A DNA stretch of 40,230 nt from Hormoscilla sp. (lineage in GTDB: Bacteria > Cyanobacteriota > Cyanobacteriia > Cyanobacteriales > Desertifilaceae): positions 1 to 40,230 of the forward strand of contig JBFRWI010000195.1 of the NCBI GenBank assembly GCA_051439505.1. Direction: 5' to 3'. The notes beneath the pieces were generated by a model, which saw only the letters and a program-made list of their open reading frames with translations, had not been told where the DNA came from and did no database searches. The stretch's first letter is position 1, and the number at the start of each line of letters is the position of its first letter. A program made the translations under genes and the position numbers. Shown here piece by piece: positions 16,967-26,843 of this stretch.

Positions 16967-19276
16967 ATGGGCAGAGGCAATGAACAGCTGCGATACTTGT
17001 TAGAAGGCGTATCGGACTTATTTGGGATTATCGATCTCGATGGCAAACTGATCTATAGCAATCAGGCATGGCGAGAGGTTCTCGGCAGCTGCGAAGCAGA
17101 ACAGTCGGGAATTTGCTTTTTTGACCTAGTGCATTGCGAAAGTCGCCCAGGTTTCCTCGAAGCATTCCAGGGAGTGCAAGCTAGTTCGGGGATTCATCAG
17201 CTGGAGGTGACGCTGATGGCCCCCGATGGAAATCAGATTTTAGTAGAAGGAAGGTTAACTTATCAACTCGCTGCTGGTGAGAAACCGGAAATCTGGAGTC
17301 TCTGGCGCCAGGTAACTGACCGCAACGATCCCAGAGTTAATCAGGTAGAGAGTAACCGGTCAAATACAGAAAACAAGGATCTGCAACAGCCTTCCCAGCA
17401 GATGATGTGGTCCCAGAGATTTTTGCATAATATTCTGAATACCATTGCCGATCCCATGTTTGTCAAGGATTCTCAACATCGGTTGGTGATTGTCAACAAT
17501 GCCTTGTGTCGGTTGTTGAGGTACAGCAGGGAGGAATTAATTGGTAAATCGGATTATGAATTGTTCCCGAAGGAGGAAGCCGATGTATTCTGTGCCAAAG
17601 ATGAACTGGTTTTTTCTACTGGCAGGGAAAATGAAAATGAGGAATACTTGACAGACGCTCAAGGTAACAGACATATAATTTCTACAAAAAAATCTCTGTT
17701 TTCTGATGGGGGGGGGAATAAAATATTGGTGGGGGTAATCAGAGACCTCACCTTACGCCACCAGGCAGAAGAGGCATTACGGAAAAGTGAAGCCCGCTAT
17801 CGGTTGTTGGCGGAGAACTCAACGGACATGATTTCCAGGCACTCGCCAGATATGGAATTTCTGTATGTCTCCCCCGCGTGCAAGAATTTACTAGGATACG
17901 ATCCATCCGAACTGATGGGACGCTCTGCTTATGAGTTTTTCCACCCTAAAGATCTGGCGGGACTGAAAAAACATTATGCTACAATCTCAGAGGCAGCCAA
18001 AAGTTCTAGTTTAACCTATCGGATGCGCTGCCTTGATGGCAGTTATATCTGGTTTGAAACCACCAGCAAGGTTGTCGAACACCCAGAAACAGGTGCAGTC
18101 CTCGAAATTGTGGCAGTTTCTCGGGACGTTACCTCACGCAAGCAGGTAGAAGCGGCATTGCTCTCCAGCGAGGAAAGATTCCGTCTGGTGTTTTCAGATG
18201 CAGCGATCGGGATAGCCCTCTACGATCGCTCTGGCAGGTTTATCGAAGTGAATCCAGCTTTTTCGGAGATTTTGGGATATACAGAGTCCCAACTGAGGCA
18301 ACTGACCGTTAAAGATATCACCCATCCAGAAGATATGGAAAAAGAAATTCCCTTAATGGAACAAGGGCGATCGGGTGAAATCAGTAGCTATCGTATCGAA
18401 AAGCGTTACATCAAGAGTGATGGTGAAATTGCCTGGGTGAATCTGACGGTAAGTATGCTGCGAGACACCGAGGGGAAGTTACTATACAGATTGGGAACGA
18501 TCGAGGAGATCGGCGAGCGCAAGCGGGCGGAAGCAGAAATACTCAAAGCCTTAGGGAGAGAAAAAGAACTGAGCGAAATGAAGTCGCGTTTTGTTTCCAT
18601 AGTCTCCCATGAATTTCGCACGCCCCTGACCACCATCCAGTCCGCTGCTGATATCCTCGAAGAATTCCCCTGCACGGAAACAGAAAAACTCGAATTGTTC
18701 GGTCAGATCAAAGACGCCATTACTCAGATGATCCGATTGTTAGAGGACGTGTTATTTATTGGGCGTGCGGAAGCGCTCAAAATTCCCTTTAATCAGACTT
18801 GGTTTGATTTAGTAGCATTCTGCCGGGCCCTGGTGATGGAGTTAGAAATCAGCACGGGGAAAACCCACTCTGTGGTATTTAGCTATCAAGGGGATTACTG
18901 GGTGCGCCTAGATGAAAAACTGCTGCGGCAAATCCTCAGCAATTTGATCTCAAATGCGATCAAATATTCTCCCCCAGGGAGTAGGATAAATTTAGAGCTG
19001 ATGCGGCGGTCCGGGGAAATCAATTTTCAGATAAAAGACAGCGGGTTAGGGATAGCGCCAGAGGACAAACCACACCTATTTGAATTCTTTCACCGGGGGT
19101 GCAATGTGGGGACAATCCCCGGCACGGGACTGGGGTTGGCGATTGTCAAAAAATGCGTAGATATGCATGGAGGCGCGATCGCCGTAGAAAGTCAAGTTGG
19201 TAAGGGGACCACGTTCTCTGTGACATTGCCGTTGAGCCAAGAGGAATCGGACAGTGAAAATAATACTGGTAATTGA
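16967..19276 (+). CDS. multi-PAS sensor histidine kinase
   Basis: About four PAS/PAC repeats; SHEFRTPL H-box, NLISNAIKY, DSGLGI and GTGLGL. Confidence 0.95.
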   Translation: MGRGNEQLRYLLEGVSDLFGIIDLDGKLIYSNQAWREVLGSCEAEQSGICFFDLVHCESRPGFLEAFQGVQASSGIHQLEVTLMAPDGNQILVEGRLTYQLAAGEKPEIWSLWRQVTDRNDPRVNQVESNRSNTENKDLQQPSQQMMWSQRFLHNILNTIADPMFVKDSQHRLVIVNNALCRLLRYSREELIGKSDYELFPKEEADVFCAKDELVFSTGRENENEEYLTDAQGNRHIISTKKSLFSDGGGNKILVGVIRDLTLRHQAEEALRKSEARYRLLAENSTDMISRHSPDMEFLYVSPACKNLLGYDPSELMGRSAYEFFHPKDLAGLKKHYATISEAAKSSSLTYRMRCLDGSYIWFETTSKVVEHPETGAVLEIVAVSRDVTSRKQVEAALLSSEERFRLVFSDAAIGIALYDRSGRFIEVNPAFSEILGYTESQLRQLTVKDITHPEDMEKEIPLMEQGRSGEISSYRIEKRYIKSDGEIAWVNLTVSMLRDTEGKLLYRLGTIEEIGERKRAEAEILKALGREKELSEMKSRFVSIVSHEFRTPLTTIQSAADILEEFPCTETEKLELFGQIKDAITQMIRLLEDVLFIGRAEALKIPFNQTWFDLVAFCRALVMELEISTGKTHSVVFSYQGDYWVRLDEKLLRQILSNLISNAIKYSPPGSRINLELMRRSGEINFQIKDSGLGIAPEDKPHLFEFFHRGCNVGTIPGTGLGLAIVKKCVDMHGGAIAVESQVGKGTTFSVTLPLSQEESDSENNTGN

Positions 19277-20996
19277 AGACGAGCACCCAATTAGAGCCAA
19301 TATTATCAAGATTCTCAAATTTAAGGGATATCAAGGGATTGGTGCTGCCGACGGCAAAACTGGGGTGAAAATGGCAAAAGCCTACAAGCCCGATCTAATC
19401 CTGTGCGACATTATGATGCCGGGGCTGGATGGTTATGAGGTGTTGAACATTCTATCGAAAGACCCAGACACGGTCGGGATTCCGTTTATATTCTTGACGG
19501 CCAAAAGCGATCGGTCAGATATGCGGCAGGGCATGAATCTAGGTGCCGATGATTATATCACGAAACCCTTTACCAGCAAGGAATTAATCGAGGCCATCTC
19601 AGCAAGACTGGAAAAACAGGCGACAACTATCCAGCCTTATCTGGATGAGATGAAGCAAGTAGCGGAATCCTTGAGTAAAGTCGCTTACTATGACCAGTTG
19701 ACTAACCTTCCCAACCGAATTTGGCTGCGTCACCAACTGCAAGAAGCTATCAAGCAGGCAAAGGAAAAACAAGGGCTTGTAGCGATTGTCTGTCTGAATA
19801 TAGACCGGTTCCGAGAGATAAATGTTAGCTTGGGCTATGCCACTGGGGATTTGGCGATCCAGGCCGTAGCAGAACGCCTAGGCCAATGTGTGGGCCCCCA
19901 AGATACTGTGGCCCGGCTGAGTGGGGATGAATTTAGCATCCTGCTGACACAAATGACCTTCAAGGAAAATGTGGCGGCCTTGGCGGAGGTAATTCTGGAG
20001 ACCTTAGCGGAACCCTACGAATTGAGCGATCGCAAGGTTTCTATCCAGACGAGCATCGGTATTTCCCTCTATCCCGACCATAGCAGCAACCCAGATCAAC
20101 TGTTGGTTCATGCGGACACGGCCAGACGTTGGTGCCGGCAGCTTGGGGGTGGCAGCTATGAGTTCTATCATCGGAAGATGGATGCCCAGAAGGAAGAACG
20201 GCGGTTGCTGGAAATAGATCTGGGGACTGCACTGGAAAAGTCAGAATTTGAACTTTACTATCAGCCCCAATGCGATATAACGACTGGACAGATATTGGGC
20301 ATGGAAGCGCTTCTACGTTGGTGTCATCCCCAACGGGGGAGGGTTTCTCCCGAACAGTTTATTCCGGTGGCAGAAGAGACCGGATTAATTATCAGCATTG
20401 GAGAGTGGGTGCTACAGACGGCTTGTGCTCAAGCTCAAACTTGGTATGAATTGAATGAACGGCCACTGCAAGTTTCGGTTAATCTGTCGGCCCGTCAGTT
20501 CCAGCAGGAAAATCTGGCGGAAACCGTGGCTTTGGTATTGTCAGAAACTGGTCTGGACCCGCAACTTCTGGCCCTGGAATTGACCGAAACTAGCGTGATG
20601 TCCGATGTTAATGCTAGTATTGGTATCCTGCAAGAATTGAAAGGAATGGGAATTGAGATCTCGATCGATGATTTCGGTACGGGGTATTCCTCCCTCAATT
20701 ATCTGAAATCTTTCCCGATCGATACCTTAAAAATAGACCGGTCTTTTATCTCCCAAGTTACCTCCAATAACCACGATGCGGCGATCGCCAAAGCCATCAT
20801 TGCCATGGCGCATAGTTTGCAGATGAAAGTAATTGCCGAAGGAGTAGAAACAGCAGCACAACTTGCTTTTCTCTGTGAGGAAGGTTGTCACGTATTTCAG
20901 GGTTATTTCTACAGTCCGCCCCTGCCAGCAGTAGAATTTGCGCAATTTTTAGGGGCCAACAAGCCATTACCGCCAATACTTAAAGATGAAGAATGA
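19254..20996 (+). CDS. response regulator with REC, GGDEF and EAL domains
   Basis: ILVIED, CDIMMP and KPF in REC; SGDEF; EALLRW, DDFGTGYSS and AEGVET. Confidence 0.95.
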   Translation: MKIILVIEDEHPIRANIIKILKFKGYQGIGAADGKTGVKMAKAYKPDLILCDIMMPGLDGYEVLNILSKDPDTVGIPFIFLTAKSDRSDMRQGMNLGADDYITKPFTSKELIEAISARLEKQATTIQPYLDEMKQVAESLSKVAYYDQLTNLPNRIWLRHQLQEAIKQAKEKQGLVAIVCLNIDRFREINVSLGYATGDLAIQAVAERLGQCVGPQDTVARLSGDEFSILLTQMTFKENVAALAEVILETLAEPYELSDRKVSIQTSIGISLYPDHSSNPDQLLVHADTARRWCRQLGGGSYEFYHRKMDAQKEERRLLEIDLGTALEKSEFELYYQPQCDITTGQILGMEALLRWCHPQRGRVSPEQFIPVAEETGLIISIGEWVLQTACAQAQTWYELNERPLQVSVNLSARQFQQENLAETVALVLSETGLDPQLLALELTETSVMSDVNASIGILQELKGMGIEISIDDFGTGYSSLNYLKSFPIDTLKIDRSFISQVTSNNHDAAIAKAIIAMAHSLQMKVIAEGVETAAQLAFLCEEGCHVFQGYFYSPPLPAVEFAQFLGANKPLPPILKDEE

Positions 20997-21119
20997 AGTG
21001 ATTGAAAAATATAACCGGTGAGACTTTAATTTGATTTGTAAGTCCATGGTAGAAGTGTTTTTTACACTTCATACTTCATCTTGATTATGGGTAATTGAAC
21101 AGTCGGACCTGTCTTAATA

Positions 21120-21815
21120 TTAGCGGTTAATTAAGGCAGGGAAGTTGTAAGCAATGCCTAAGATAATTCCGACATCGGTTGTCTCTTCCTGGATGAAAGC
21201 GACATTAATTCTGGCGGTGGCAGTCAACTCCTTGGAGACAGGATAATCAACACCACCAGAGATCATGGGACCGCTGTTGCCCTCATCAAGTTCAAAGGCG
21301 ACACCACCGCCAATAAAGGGGGCTAACACCACTGGTTCAAATGGTTCCCGATCGATGGGAAAGTCATAGGCGACAGAAAGCATTAAAACTACGCCATCGC
21401 CAATTGAACTAGCGGTGCGCAAAGAAAGGTTGTCGGTAAATCCAAGTTTGCCGACTGTAGCAAAGCCACTTTCCCCTAAAGCTGTGTCGCCACCTAAACC
21501 GATATCGGCACCAATTCCCAGGTACGTGTCAGCAAGGGTGCGATCGGTTTGAGTCGATCGACGCCGTTGAGCGAGAACCGCATTATTTTCTGATATATTT
21601 TCAGAACTGGTTTGCTGACTGTAGCTAGTTTGGGGTCGAGCCATTAGCGCCTCAGCAGTAGTTAAAGCGGTACCTGGAAAGGAAACATTTGTACTCAATG
21701 GTGGTAAGGACTCGGAAGTCTGAGCTTGAGCTGATAAGCTACTAGCAGCAGTGGCGATCGCCATGCAGCTGAGTAGAGAAGCTGCACAGGCTACGCTATA
21801 GGTTAACTTATTCAC
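21120..21815 (-). CDS. outer-membrane beta-barrel-like exported protein
   Basis: Signal peptide, YLGIGADIG, APFIGGGV, GGVDYP and terminal GIAYNF strand. Confidence 0.75.
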   Translation of the reverse strand: MNKLTYSVACAASLLSCMAIATAASSLSAQAQTSESLPPLSTNVSFPGTALTTAEALMARPQTSYSQQTSSENISENNAVLAQRRRSTQTDRTLADTYLGIGADIGLGGDTALGESGFATVGKLGFTDNLSLRTASSIGDGVVLMLSVAYDFPIDREPFEPVVLAPFIGGGVAFELDEGNSGPMISGGVDYPVSKELTATARINVAFIQEETTDVGIILGIAYNFPALINR

Positions 21816-21832
21816 AATTCACTCCTCGATGA

Positions 21833-22789
21833 TTAATTTAGGATACCCAATGCTTCTACCACCTGCCCAGAGATAAAAGGCAGGATGGCGGATGATTGAC
21901 TTTGAGTCCCCTCTGTAAACACTACCAATAAATAGGGTTGTTTGTCTGGAATTTCTATGTAGGCGCAGTCATGGCGGACTTGGCTGGCTCCGCTGGCTTT
22001 TGGCACCATGCTGCTGGATAATGACCACAGCCGGGAATCGGTGGGGAGTCCGCCCGCGAGGAAGCTGCGGTATGAATGGTTGGGGTCTGTGTCTAAATCA
22101 TCTGGGTTGAGAGTCCGCTTCATTAGATCCATCATCTCCTGGCTGGCCTGGGAGGATACGGCAACACCGCCTACTATACTATGGAGCAGGCGGGCGGTGG
22201 CATTGGTGGTGAGCATATTGCGATTTTCCATCATCTCCCCTAGAAAAGCCCGATCGCGTCCGTAGGCACCGTCAGTCCAGGTTTTTTGATTGATGTTGAT
22301 GCTCTCAAATTCTGGCCAACCGAGGGATTGGAAGTAACGGTTGACGATATTGCGCTGGAACTTCCAGGTTTCAAAGGGTCCAGGGGGCAGTTCTGGGCCA
22401 CTGGTGGTGCCAGTGAGGACATCTACTATGAGACTGGTGGCATCGTTGCTGTCTCGAACAATCATGTCACGAATGGCTCGTTCCAATTCAGTGCCCGATT
22501 GGATCATGTTTTTGTCTAGCCACTCATAGACAGCTACCAGGTAAAACAGCTTGACTAGATGGGCGGGGTAAATGCGTTCCACGCCACGATAGCTGAAACC
22601 TCGGACTTGGTGTTTCCAGAATTCTGCGGCAGATAGGGCCCCGCCAGTGTTGACGGGGAAGGGCGGATCGTAGAGGATCCAGGTCAGGGCAATTTGGTTG
22701 TGAGCTAGTGCTGGGAATTGTGCCCAGGTGGTCTCTAGGATGCGATCGCCCAATTTTTCTAGTTGTTCGTCTTTGCGGAAAAAAGTCAT
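21833..22789 (-). CDS. class A beta-lactamase-like serine hydrolase with degenerate active site
   Basis: IYPAHLVKLFY, SNDAT, RNMLTTNATARLL and VRHDCAYIE. Confidence 0.85.
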   Translation of the reverse strand: MTFFRKDEQLEKLGDRILETTWAQFPALAHNQIALTWILYDPPFPVNTGGALSAAEFWKHQVRGFSYRGVERIYPAHLVKLFYLVAVYEWLDKNMIQSGTELERAIRDMIVRDSNDATSLIVDVLTGTTSGPELPPGPFETWKFQRNIVNRYFQSLGWPEFESININQKTWTDGAYGRDRAFLGEMMENRNMLTTNATARLLHSIVGGVAVSSQASQEMMDLMKRTLNPDDLDTDPNHSYRSFLAGGLPTDSRLWSLSSSMVPKASGASQVRHDCAYIEIPDKQPYLLVVFTEGTQSQSSAILPFISGQVVEALGILN

Positions 22790-23507
22790 GGTTGAATTAC
22801 CACAAGTACTCCGAGGATCTGCTCAATCTACCACTATTGAGTACAGTTGTCGCGTCAATCTGGATCTGTATGAGGGGCCTGAATGTGCCAGTTTAGCAAC
22901 CCAGGCCGCTGCCGGACGCCAATTGCGGGTGCTTTCTGTGCCAGCAGACTCCCAAGCTGTGGAAGTCTGCTTGTGCGAGGATGATTATCGCTGCTGGCTA
23001 TCTGGGCATGATTCGGAGAAGTTGGAGTATGCAGAAATGCCTTATCGGGCGATCGCCCTTTCGGAAGTTGAGATTAAACAACGCTTGCCAGGGGCGATCG
23101 CCTTTGCGAAAGATGCCATGAAGCCGGCTAATTATTACCTTTGGGGAGGTACAGTTGGACCCAACTACGACTGTTCTGGTTTGATCCAGGCAGCTTTTAC
23201 CTCAGTAGGTATTTGGTTGCCTAGAGATTCTTATCAGCAGGAGGCATTTGTGCAGGAAATCCCCATAGGAGAATTACAACCAGGGGACCTAATTTTCTTT
23301 GGTTCGGCAGAAATTGCCAAGCATGTGGGACTATATTTAGGTGAGGGCAAGTACATTCACAGTTCCGGCAATGATATAGGCAGAAATGGCATCGGGATTG
23401 ACATATTATCCGACCAAGGGGATGCTATTAGTCAAGCTTATTATCAGCAGTTGCGAGGTGCGGGGCGGGTGGTTGCCAGTTATCTCCCAGGTGATGGTAA
23501 TTGGTAA
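22788..23507 (+). CDS. NlpC/P60 (C40) peptidase
   Basis: YLWGG, YDCSGL, LPRDS, QPGDLIFFG, HVGLY and IHSS; ATG 22788 preferred. Confidence 0.92.
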   Translation: MVELPQVLRGSAQSTTIEYSCRVNLDLYEGPECASLATQAAAGRQLRVLSVPADSQAVEVCLCEDDYRCWLSGHDSEKLEYAEMPYRAIALSEVEIKQRLPGAIAFAKDAMKPANYYLWGGTVGPNYDCSGLIQAAFTSVGIWLPRDSYQQEAFVQEIPIGELQPGDLIFFGSAEIAKHVGLYLGEGKYIHSSGNDIGRNGIGIDILSDQGDAISQAYYQQLRGAGRVVASYLPGDGNW

Positions 23508-23680
23508 GAGTCATCTCAGTTTTGCTTCTTGAGAATCGAGCAATTGTTAATCGAGAATTGAGCAATTGTTAATTTCCAATTTAAAATGGAGCTATTTTTC
23601 ATTTTAAATTCGCCATTCGCCATTCGCTATTCGCAATATTTTTAATTTTACATTTTTAATTTTGAATTGCTTAAGATGCC

Positions 23681-24214
23681 ATGTCAAGGTCAAAGAAAGC
23701 CAGGAAAAAGGAAGAAATCAACGATCTGTTACGCGGTATTTTGTCGAAAAAAATCAATCCCGACTATCAGCGCCGGGATCTAATTATCTTTGGAGAGGAG
23801 TCAGATCGATCGCAGTATGTATTTCATCGAAAATTTCAGGGTTTGACCATAGAAAAATTAGAACAGTTGTTGGCAGAGGATTTTGCCGATCCAGAATATT
23901 ATGTGGGAGAATCTCCAACAATCCAGGAAATTTATGACTTTGCAAAAAACTGTGCCCAAAAGGGATTCAATACCCAATTTATGGGGTTTGTCACCTATCT
24001 AACTTATAATTATCGGGTATATATAGATGGTTTTGAGGTAGCAGACTTGGAATTAACGGAGGATATAGTAGCGGAGTTTAAGCAACTGACCGAGAAAGCT
24101 AGCTACCTATACACGACGGATATCCAGCTATATGCTTGGTGGAAAGAAGACGAATCCTTCGATATGGACAGGACTATGATTTTTACCCCTCACCGACAGG
24201 AATCTCAGGAATAA
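23681..24214 (+). CDS. hypothetical protein
   Basis: 177-aa ORF ending in LYAWW-like motif; protein-like composition. Confidence 0.7.
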   Translation: MSRSKKARKKEEINDLLRGILSKKINPDYQRRDLIIFGEESDRSQYVFHRKFQGLTIEKLEQLLAEDFADPEYYVGESPTIQEIYDFAKNCAQKGFNTQFMGFVTYLTYNYRVYIDGFEVADLELTEDIVAEFKQLTEKASYLYTTDIQLYAWWKEDESFDMDRTMIFTPHRQESQE

Positions 24215-24322
24215 GGAAAGTGCTAGATTGAAGATCGCAATTTGAAGATTAATAAACGCTCGCTTAAAGGTGCGATCGCCCTTCCGTGACAGGCGATCGC
24301 ACCCGCAAGCGTGACAGGAAAT

Positions 24323-25441
24323 TCATAAAAGAAAGGTGAGCAGAAACAGCACGCCAGCTAAAGCGAATAGTAGGCGCATCGCAGGGCGGATAGATTTCTG
24401 CTTGGAGAGGAAACCAATTGCTGATGGCACTACTAAGGCACCTCCAGTTCCGAAGAGCGACAGGAACCCGTAAACCCTGCTATAGTCCGATGGGGGAAAC
24501 TTGGCAAAAGTCAGTGCCACAGTGGTAGGGAGAATCGGGCCCAAAGACAAACCCATTCCCACAACAGCGATCGCACTGACATAGCGTTTACTTTTCAAGA
24601 TCATTAGTCCGACGATGACCGTGGCCAATAGAGCCATTACTTGGATAGCCAGCCGGGTGTTGTCGGGAGTAATAAAGCGGGCAGCCACGAATCTTCCTAC
24701 CATCAAAGCCAACCAAAATAATGAAAGCAGTATCTCGGCCAGCTTCTCATTCCAGCCGACATCCTGCAAATAAGTCGTTGTCCAATTTGCGAGGGAATGC
24801 TCCAGCCCCAGAGCGCAGAACAAAACGAAAGCAGCGATCCAGATTACCCCGTTCTTTTTCAGTTCCCAAACCGTGGATGGATCTACATCACTCTGGATCT
24901 GAGGGTAGGAAGAGAGCAGAACTGGAACGAGAAAGACCGCCATAGCCATAGCCAATAGCTTCAAAGCGCCTCGGAAGCTGAGCAATTCAAACAGGTAGGC
25001 GAGCCCGAAAGGCAAAAGAAAAGCGCCTATTCCAAAAAAGGCTCCGCCCAGATTGCCTGCGGATGCTAGGTTATCAGGATTGACTGCTGCTAATAGGGTA
25101 TAGCCGCCGATATTGAGGCAACAACCGCTCAGACCTAGCCCGCAAGATGCTATCTTTGCGGTGAAGAAATTATGCGCCCGAGCAAACAGCCATATAGCAG
25201 CAAGCAAAATCAAAAACCCCGCAGTCAGCACCAGTTGGTAACCGAAACGATCTTGAAGGTAGTATCCTACCAAGATTGTTCCCAGTATTCTGCTAGCTTG
25301 CAATAGAGCGATTAGCTGACCGATGCGGGCGTCATCCAGCATCATTTTTTGTGCCAGACGCAGCTTGAACGTACCCATAAACGCCGAGATAATGCCAAAG
25401 GTAAATAATGCCAATAAGGCGACTATTGATACTGGATTCAA
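24323..25441 (-). CDS. MFS transporter (copy A)
   Basis: 372 aa, highly hydrophobic, DRFG motif-A variant; TTG start after AGGAG. Confidence 0.9.
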   Translation of the reverse strand: MNPVSIVALLALFTFGIISAFMGTFKLRLAQKMMLDDARIGQLIALLQASRILGTILVGYYLQDRFGYQLVLTAGFLILLAAIWLFARAHNFFTAKIASCGLGLSGCCLNIGGYTLLAAVNPDNLASAGNLGGAFFGIGAFLLPFGLAYLFELLSFRGALKLLAMAMAVFLVPVLLSSYPQIQSDVDPSTVWELKKNGVIWIAAFVLFCALGLEHSLANWTTTYLQDVGWNEKLAEILLSLFWLALMVGRFVAARFITPDNTRLAIQVMALLATVIVGLMILKSKRYVSAIAVVGMGLSLGPILPTTVALTFAKFPPSDYSRVYGFLSLFGTGGALVVPSAIGFLSKQKSIRPAMRLLFALAGVLFLLTFLL

Positions 25442-25493
25442 GATTTGATTTCTCCTGATTTATTTGGGATATTTTTTGACTGATGCCTATTAT

Positions 25494-25521
25494 ATGGTAA
25501 CAGATATCGGGAGCATGTCAA
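25494..25521 (-). promoter_or_regulatory. putative promoter of MFS copy A (duplicated at 26732-26759 for copy B)
   Basis: TTGACA-16 nt-TACCAT with extended -10 TG; identical in both intergenic regions. Confidence 0.5.
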
Positions 25522-25558
25522 GATGGCATTCCCAGGCGGGAGTCTCTTGAGGATCTCT

Positions 25559-26677
25559 TCATAAAAGAAAGGTGAGCATAAATAGGACCAAGGCTAAAGC
25601 GAATAGCAGGCCCATCGCAGGGCGGATAGATTTCTGCTTGGAGAGGAAACCAATTGCTGATGGCACTACTAAGGCACCGAGAGTTCCGAAGAGCGCCAGG
25701 AACCCGTAAACGCTGCTATAGTCTGATGGGGGGAACTTGGCAAAAGTCAGTCCTACAGTGGTAGGGGAGATGGGCGCCAAGGACAAACCTATTCCCACAA
25801 CAGCGATCGCACCGAGAAGGCGTTTGCTGTTGAGGATCATTAGTCCGACGATCGCCGCCGTCACTAGAACCATTGCTTGCATAGCGATCCGGGTGTTTTC
25901 GGGAGTAATAAAGCGGGCAGCCACTAACCTTCCTACCATAAATGCTAACCAAAACAATGAAAACAGAATAGAAGCCCGTTTCTCATTCCAGCCGACATCC
26001 TGTAAATAAGTCGTTGTCCAATTTGCCATGGAAAACTCCAGCGCCACAGCACAGAAAAAGACCAAAGCAGCGATCCAGATTGCCCCGTTCTTTATCAGTT
26101 CCAAAACCTTGGATGGATCTACATCACTCTGGATCTGAGGGTAGGAAGAGAGCAGGACTGGAACGAGAAAGACCGCCATAGGTATAGCCAATAGCTTCAA
26201 AGCACGCCGGAAGCTGAGCAATTCAAACAGGTAGGCGAGCCCGAAAGGCAAAAGTAAAGCGCCTATGCCATAAATAGCACCGCCTAGATTGATAACGGAA
26301 GTTTGGTTGTCAGGATTGACTGCTGCTAACAGGGTATTGCCGCTGATATTGAGGCAACAACCGCTTAGACCTAGGCCACAAGATGCTATCTTTGCGGTGA
26401 ATAAATTCTGCGCCCGAGCAAACAGCCATATAGCAGCAAGCAAAATAAAAAACCCCGCAGTCAGCACGAGTTTGTAACCGAAACGATCTTGAACGTAGTA
26501 TCCCACAAAGATAGTTCCCAGTACGTTACCAGCTTGCAGTATAGCGATTAGCTGACCGATGCGGGCGTCATCGAGCATCAGTTTTTGCGCCAGACGCAGC
26601 TTGATCGTACCCATAAACGCCGATATGATGCCAAAGGTAAATACTGCCAATAAGGCGACTAATGATGCTCGATTCAA
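25559..26677 (-). CDS. MFS transporter (copy B)
   Basis: 372-aa paralog, colinear with copies A and C. Confidence 0.9.
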   Translation of the reverse strand: MNRASLVALLAVFTFGIISAFMGTIKLRLAQKLMLDDARIGQLIAILQAGNVLGTIFVGYYVQDRFGYKLVLTAGFFILLAAIWLFARAQNLFTAKIASCGLGLSGCCLNISGNTLLAAVNPDNQTSVINLGGAIYGIGALLLPFGLAYLFELLSFRRALKLLAIPMAVFLVPVLLSSYPQIQSDVDPSKVLELIKNGAIWIAALVFFCAVALEFSMANWTTTYLQDVGWNEKRASILFSLFWLAFMVGRLVAARFITPENTRIAMQAMVLVTAAIVGLMILNSKRLLGAIAVVGIGLSLAPISPTTVGLTFAKFPPSDYSSVYGFLALFGTLGALVVPSAIGFLSKQKSIRPAMGLLFALALVLFMLTFLL

Positions 26678-26843
26678 GATTTTATTTCTCCTGATTTCTT
26701 TGGGATATTTTTTTTTACTGATGCCTGTTATATGGTAACAGATATCGGGAGCATGTCAAGATGGCATTCCCGGGAGCCTCTTAAGGAGAAGAATGTCTTC
26801 TGAATTTTTAAATTACAGGCGGGACAGACTAGGTAGGATCTCT

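Noticed and set aside
16695..21000. tRNA-integrated genomic island
   Set aside because: No integrase and no duplicated tRNA 3' end were seen in the window.
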